Shown piece after piece: positions 5,816-8,003 of a stretch of DNA of 8,003 nt. Under the pieces are notes generated by a model. That model did no database searches. It had not been told where the DNA came from and saw nothing but the letters and a program-made list of their open reading frames with translations. Each line of letters starts with the position of its first letter. The stretch's first letter is position 1. The position numbers and the translations under genes are program-made. Source of the DNA: a virus (taxonomy: Duplodnaviria > Heunggongvirae > Uroviricota > Caudoviricetes); IMG/VR virus record IMGVR_UViG_2660238346_000006, positions 1 to 8,003 of that record; one strand, 5' to 3'.

Positions 5816-6052
5816 ATGAGCGACCTATCATTAACCCAGCCAAAGCTAAAAGAATGTCCGTTTTGCGGCGGTAATGCTCGTCTGTGGGTTGAGGCCGGAA
5901 TAAATATTGATGTGTGGGGCTATGCAGAATGTGACCTCTGTGAAGCCAGGGGGGCATGGGCACCATCAGTTGCTGCGGCGGCTGAAAAATGGAACCGGAG
6001 AGCAGGAGATGAAGCAAACCTTTCTGCTTCGCAACGAAGCAATCAGAAATAA
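5816..6052 (+). CDS. Lar-family restriction alleviation protein-like (CPFCG zinc-ribbon), ~78 aa
   Basis: KECPFCGG near the N-terminus and EKWNRRA near the C-terminus match the Lar-family pattern as I recall it. ATG at 5816 has AAGGAG 5 nt upstream; the ORF-track start at 5810 is a GTG two codons earlier. Confidence 0.55.
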   Translation: MSDLSLTQPKLKECPFCGGNARLWVEAGINIDVWGYAECDLCEARGAWAPSVAAAAEKWNRRAGDEANLSASQRSNQK

Positions 6053-6455
6053 CGCCATAGACGCCATTCTCTCACTACCCATCGACGACAAGTCACCCCA
6101 CGAAGTCCACGTTAAAGAACCCAAGCGCAGCAAAGCGCAGAATGACCGTATGTGGCCGATGCTGAACGATGTTTCGCGTCAGGTGCTATGGCATGGTCAA
6201 CGGCTGGCGCCGGAAGACTGGAAAGACCTGTTCACTGCCCTGTGGCTTAAGACCAAAAAACTGGAGCAACGAAGTGTGCCTGGTATCGACGGTGGCGTTG
6301 TCATGCTTGGTGTGCGTACCAGCAAAATGCGAAAGGCCAACATGACTGAGCTTATCGAAATCATGTTCTGGTTCGGCTCAGAGCGCAACGTGCGGTGGAG
6401 TGATGACTCCTGGCGAGAGTATGAATGGTCACAACGAAAAGGGAAGGCTGCATGA
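6009..6455 (+). CDS. ninB: NinB (Orf family recombination mediator), ~148 aa
   Basis: KAQNDRMWPMLNDVSRQVLWHGQRLAPEDWKDLFTALWLKTKKL...MLGVRTSKMRKANMTELIEIMFWFGSERNVRWSDD resembles lambda NinB. Start chosen at ATG 6009 (GGAG upstream, lambda-like length) rather than the ORF-track start at 5907, which would add an N-terminal extension running through the Lar-like gene. Confidence 0.8.
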   Translation: MKQTFLLRNEAIRNNAIDAILSLPIDDKSPHEVHVKEPKRSKAQNDRMWPMLNDVSRQVLWHGQRLAPEDWKDLFTALWLKTKKLEQRSVPGIDGGVVMLGVRTSKMRKANMTELIEIMFWFGSERNVRWSDDSWREYEWSQRKGKAA

Positions 6456-6979
6456 CTATCAAATCAAATACGCCAGCACACGACAAGGACTGCTGGCAAA
6501 CGCCGCTTTGGCTTTTTGATGCACTGGATATTGAGTTTGGATTCTGGCTGGATTCGGCAGCGAGCGACAAAAATGCTCTGTGTGCTCACTGGCTAACTGA
6601 GGCCGACGACGCGCTCAATTCTGAGTGGGTAAGCCACGGTGCAATCTGGAATAACCCACCGTACAGCAATATCAGGCCGTGGGTGGAAAAAGCCGCTGAG
6701 CAGTGCATACAACAACGACAGACGGTAGTGATGCTTGTGCCAGAGGATATGTCTGTCGGATGGTTCAGTAAGGCTCTGGAGAGTGTTGACGAAGTTCGCA
6801 TCATCACTGATGGACGGATTAATTTTATCGAACCATCGACAGGGCTGGAGAAGAAGGGAAACAGCAAAGGTTCCATGCTGCTGATTTGGCGACCGTTCAT
6901 CAGTCCTCGACGGATGTTTACTACCGTATCCAAAGCGGCATTGATGGCGATCGGGCAGGGCGTCAGGAGGGCGGCATGA
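6452..6979 (+). CDS. Phage Dam-type DNA N6-adenine methyltransferase, ~175 aa
   Basis: NPPY catalytic motif ([10 protein letters not shown]); size and organisation typical of small phage N6-adenine methyltransferases. Start ATG 6452 overlaps ninB stop (ATGA); the ORF-track start at 6425 adds 9 codons. Confidence 0.8.
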   Translation: MTIKSNTPAHDKDCWQTPLWLFDALDIEFGFWLDSAASDKNALCAHWLTEADDALNSEWVSHGAIWNNPPYSNIRPWVEKAAEQCIQQRQTVVMLVPEDMSVGWFSKALESVDEVRIITDGRINFIEPSTGLEKKGNSKGSMLLIWRPFISPRRMFTTVSKAALMAIGQGVRRAA

Positions 6980-7158
6980 GGCGACAGCGACGAAGTATCA
7001 CCGACATCATCTGCGAAAACTGCAAATACCTTCCAACGAAACGCTCCAGAAATAAACCCAGGCCAATCCCAAAAGAATCTGACGTTAAAACCTTCAATTA
7101 CACGGCTCACCTGTGGGATATCCGGTGGCTAAGACATCGTGCGAGGAAAACAAGGTGA
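6976..7158 (+). CDS. ninE: NinE, 60 aa
   Basis: [60 protein letters not shown] matches lambda NinE as recalled. ATG 6976 overlaps the methyltransferase stop (ATGA), in frame with ORF 6886-7158. Confidence 0.75.
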   Translation: MRRQRRSITDIICENCKYLPTKRSRNKPRPIPKESDVKTFNYTAHLWDIRWLRHRARKTR

Positions 7159-7298
7159 TTGACGTGATGATTTATTCGGGGCTATATTCCTCACGCGCCA
7201 GCAAAATCTGGCGTCGGGATTTGCACCCCGGATATTCAACCGCGACAGACACACGCCGCGAGCGTGTTTTTTGTTGTCGTAAGCACACGCACATCTGA
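7155..7298 (+). CDS. Small hypothetical protein at the ninF position, ~47 aa
   Basis: In-frame GTG at 7155 overlaps ninE stop (GTGA) with GAGGA upstream; alternative ATG at 7167. Product [47 protein letters not shown]; family not recognised. Confidence 0.35.
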   Translation: MIDVMIYSGLYSSRASKIWRRDLHPGYSTATDTRRERVFCCRKHTHI

Positions 7299-7436
7299 AT
7301 TATGGTGGGGCGTATGGGGGAGCCGAAAGGCTCGCCGGTTGGTTGATCCGGTAGTGCAAACCCTGTACGTCTCACCACCCAAAGATTTGCACCTGACGGT
7401 GGTGATAGTTAAATTCATCAACCAGAGGGCGTTGTC

Positions 7437-8003
7437 ATGGCGACTCAAATTTCCGTTGAAACTCTTTCCCCAATTGCCTACAACCAGATCCCCGTAATTA
7501 CTACAGAATTATTGGCGCAATTGTATGGCACTGAAACAGTCAATATAAAAATGAATTTTTCCCGTAACTCTGCGCGATTTGTACAGGGAAAACATTTCTT
7601 TAAGTTGGAAGGGAATGAACTACGTGAGTTCAAGCACAGACTATCTTTAAGCGAGTCTGTTAGCCGCGAGGTAACAGAAAGTTACTCTGTGAAAATCGCC
7701 CGCAATGTTCGCTCCCTCATCCTCTGGACAGAACGAGGCGCAGCCCGTCACGCAAAAATGCTCGAAACTGATCAGGCGTGGGAAGTGTTCGAAAAACTGG
7801 AAGACTGCTATTTCAGCCAGTGCGAGAAAAATACTGGCAAACAAGAGAAGAAGCTCAACGGACTTTCCGCAAAAGAAGCAAACAGCCTTGTATGGCTATG
7901 GGATTATGCTAACCGTTCACAGGCATTATTCCGCGAACTGTATCCGGCGCTAAAGCAAATTCAATCGAACTATTCTGACAGGTGCTACAACTACGGTCAT
8001 GAG
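7437..8003 (+). CDS. ORF6N-domain / Roi-like DNA-binding protein, 5-prime partial (runs off the window end)
   Basis: Hand translation from ATG 7437 (GAGGG 8 nt upstream) is open to the end: [66 protein letters not shown]... The PVIT-x-LAxLYG-x-E-x-RN-x-RF-x-G-x-FFKL pattern is typical of ORF6N-domain proteins. Absent from the ORF track, presumably because it has no stop in the window. Confidence 0.55.
   Translation, partial: MATQISVETLSPIAYNQIPVITTELLAQLYGTETVNIKMNFSRNSARFVQGKHFFKLEGNELREFKHRLSLSESVSREVTESYSVKIARNVRSLILWTERGAARHAKMLETDQAWEVFEKLEDCYFSQCEKNTGKQEKKLNGLSAKEANSLVWLWDYANRSQALFRELYPALKQIQSNYSDRCYNYGHE

Noticed and set aside
5907-6008. N-terminal extension of NinB from the ORF-track start at 5907
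   Set aside because: Would add ~34 residues not expected for NinB and run through most of the Lar-like gene. The internal ATG at 6009 has a GGAG RBS and gives a lambda-like length.
5766-6570. Minus-strand ORFs 5766-6017, 6197-6388, 6361-6570
   Set aside because: Antisense to the Lar-like, ninB and methyltransferase genes, which have motif or homology support.
6586-7110. ORF 6586-7110 (-), 174 aa
   Set aside because: Long, but entirely antisense to the NPPY methyltransferase and ninE, with Ser/Ala-rich shadow-frame composition and no recognisable domain.
7172-7497. ORFs 7172-7378 (-), 7236-7448 (-), 7264-7497 (+)
   Set aside because: They overlap the structured intergenic region and the start of the Roi-like gene. 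No RBS, Arg-rich low-complexity products.
7647-7953. ORFs 7647-7844 (-) and 7705-7953 (+)
   Set aside because: Both lie within the longer open frame starting at 7437 that carries the ORF6N-like motif, so they are alternate-frame or antisense shadows.
1-8003. Insertion sequences, transposases, tRNA or rRNA genes
   Set aside because: No terminal inverted repeats flanking a transposase-like ORF, and no tRNA-like cloverleaf or rRNA-like segment was seen. The window is explained by phage immunity, replication and nin genes.

Overview
This window is the immunity, replication and nin region of a lambdoid (lambda-like) prophage, most likely enterobacterial. Reading left to right it contains a leftward nutL boxB and OL-type operators; a leftward operon of cI-like repressor followed by three translationally coupled genes (HigB-family toxin, HigA-type antitoxin with a ~90-aa C-terminal extension, SecB-like chaperone) ending in an intrinsic terminator; the OR operator region; then rightward cro-like, nutR, cII (carrying a perfect 69-bp in-frame tandem duplication), a small ORF, replication genes O (with embedded ori iterons) and P, ren, a tR2-like terminator, and a nin region with a Lar-like restriction-alleviation protein, NinB, a Dam-type N6-adenine methyltransferase, NinE, a small ORF and the start of an ORF6N/Roi-like protein. 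The most interesting element is the toxin-antitoxin-chaperone (TAC-type) module sitting where lambda carries rexAB, making it a candidate chaperone-gated exclusion or abortive-infection system expressed from the lysogen. All calls rest on reading the sequence and on recalled protein family features; no database search was run.
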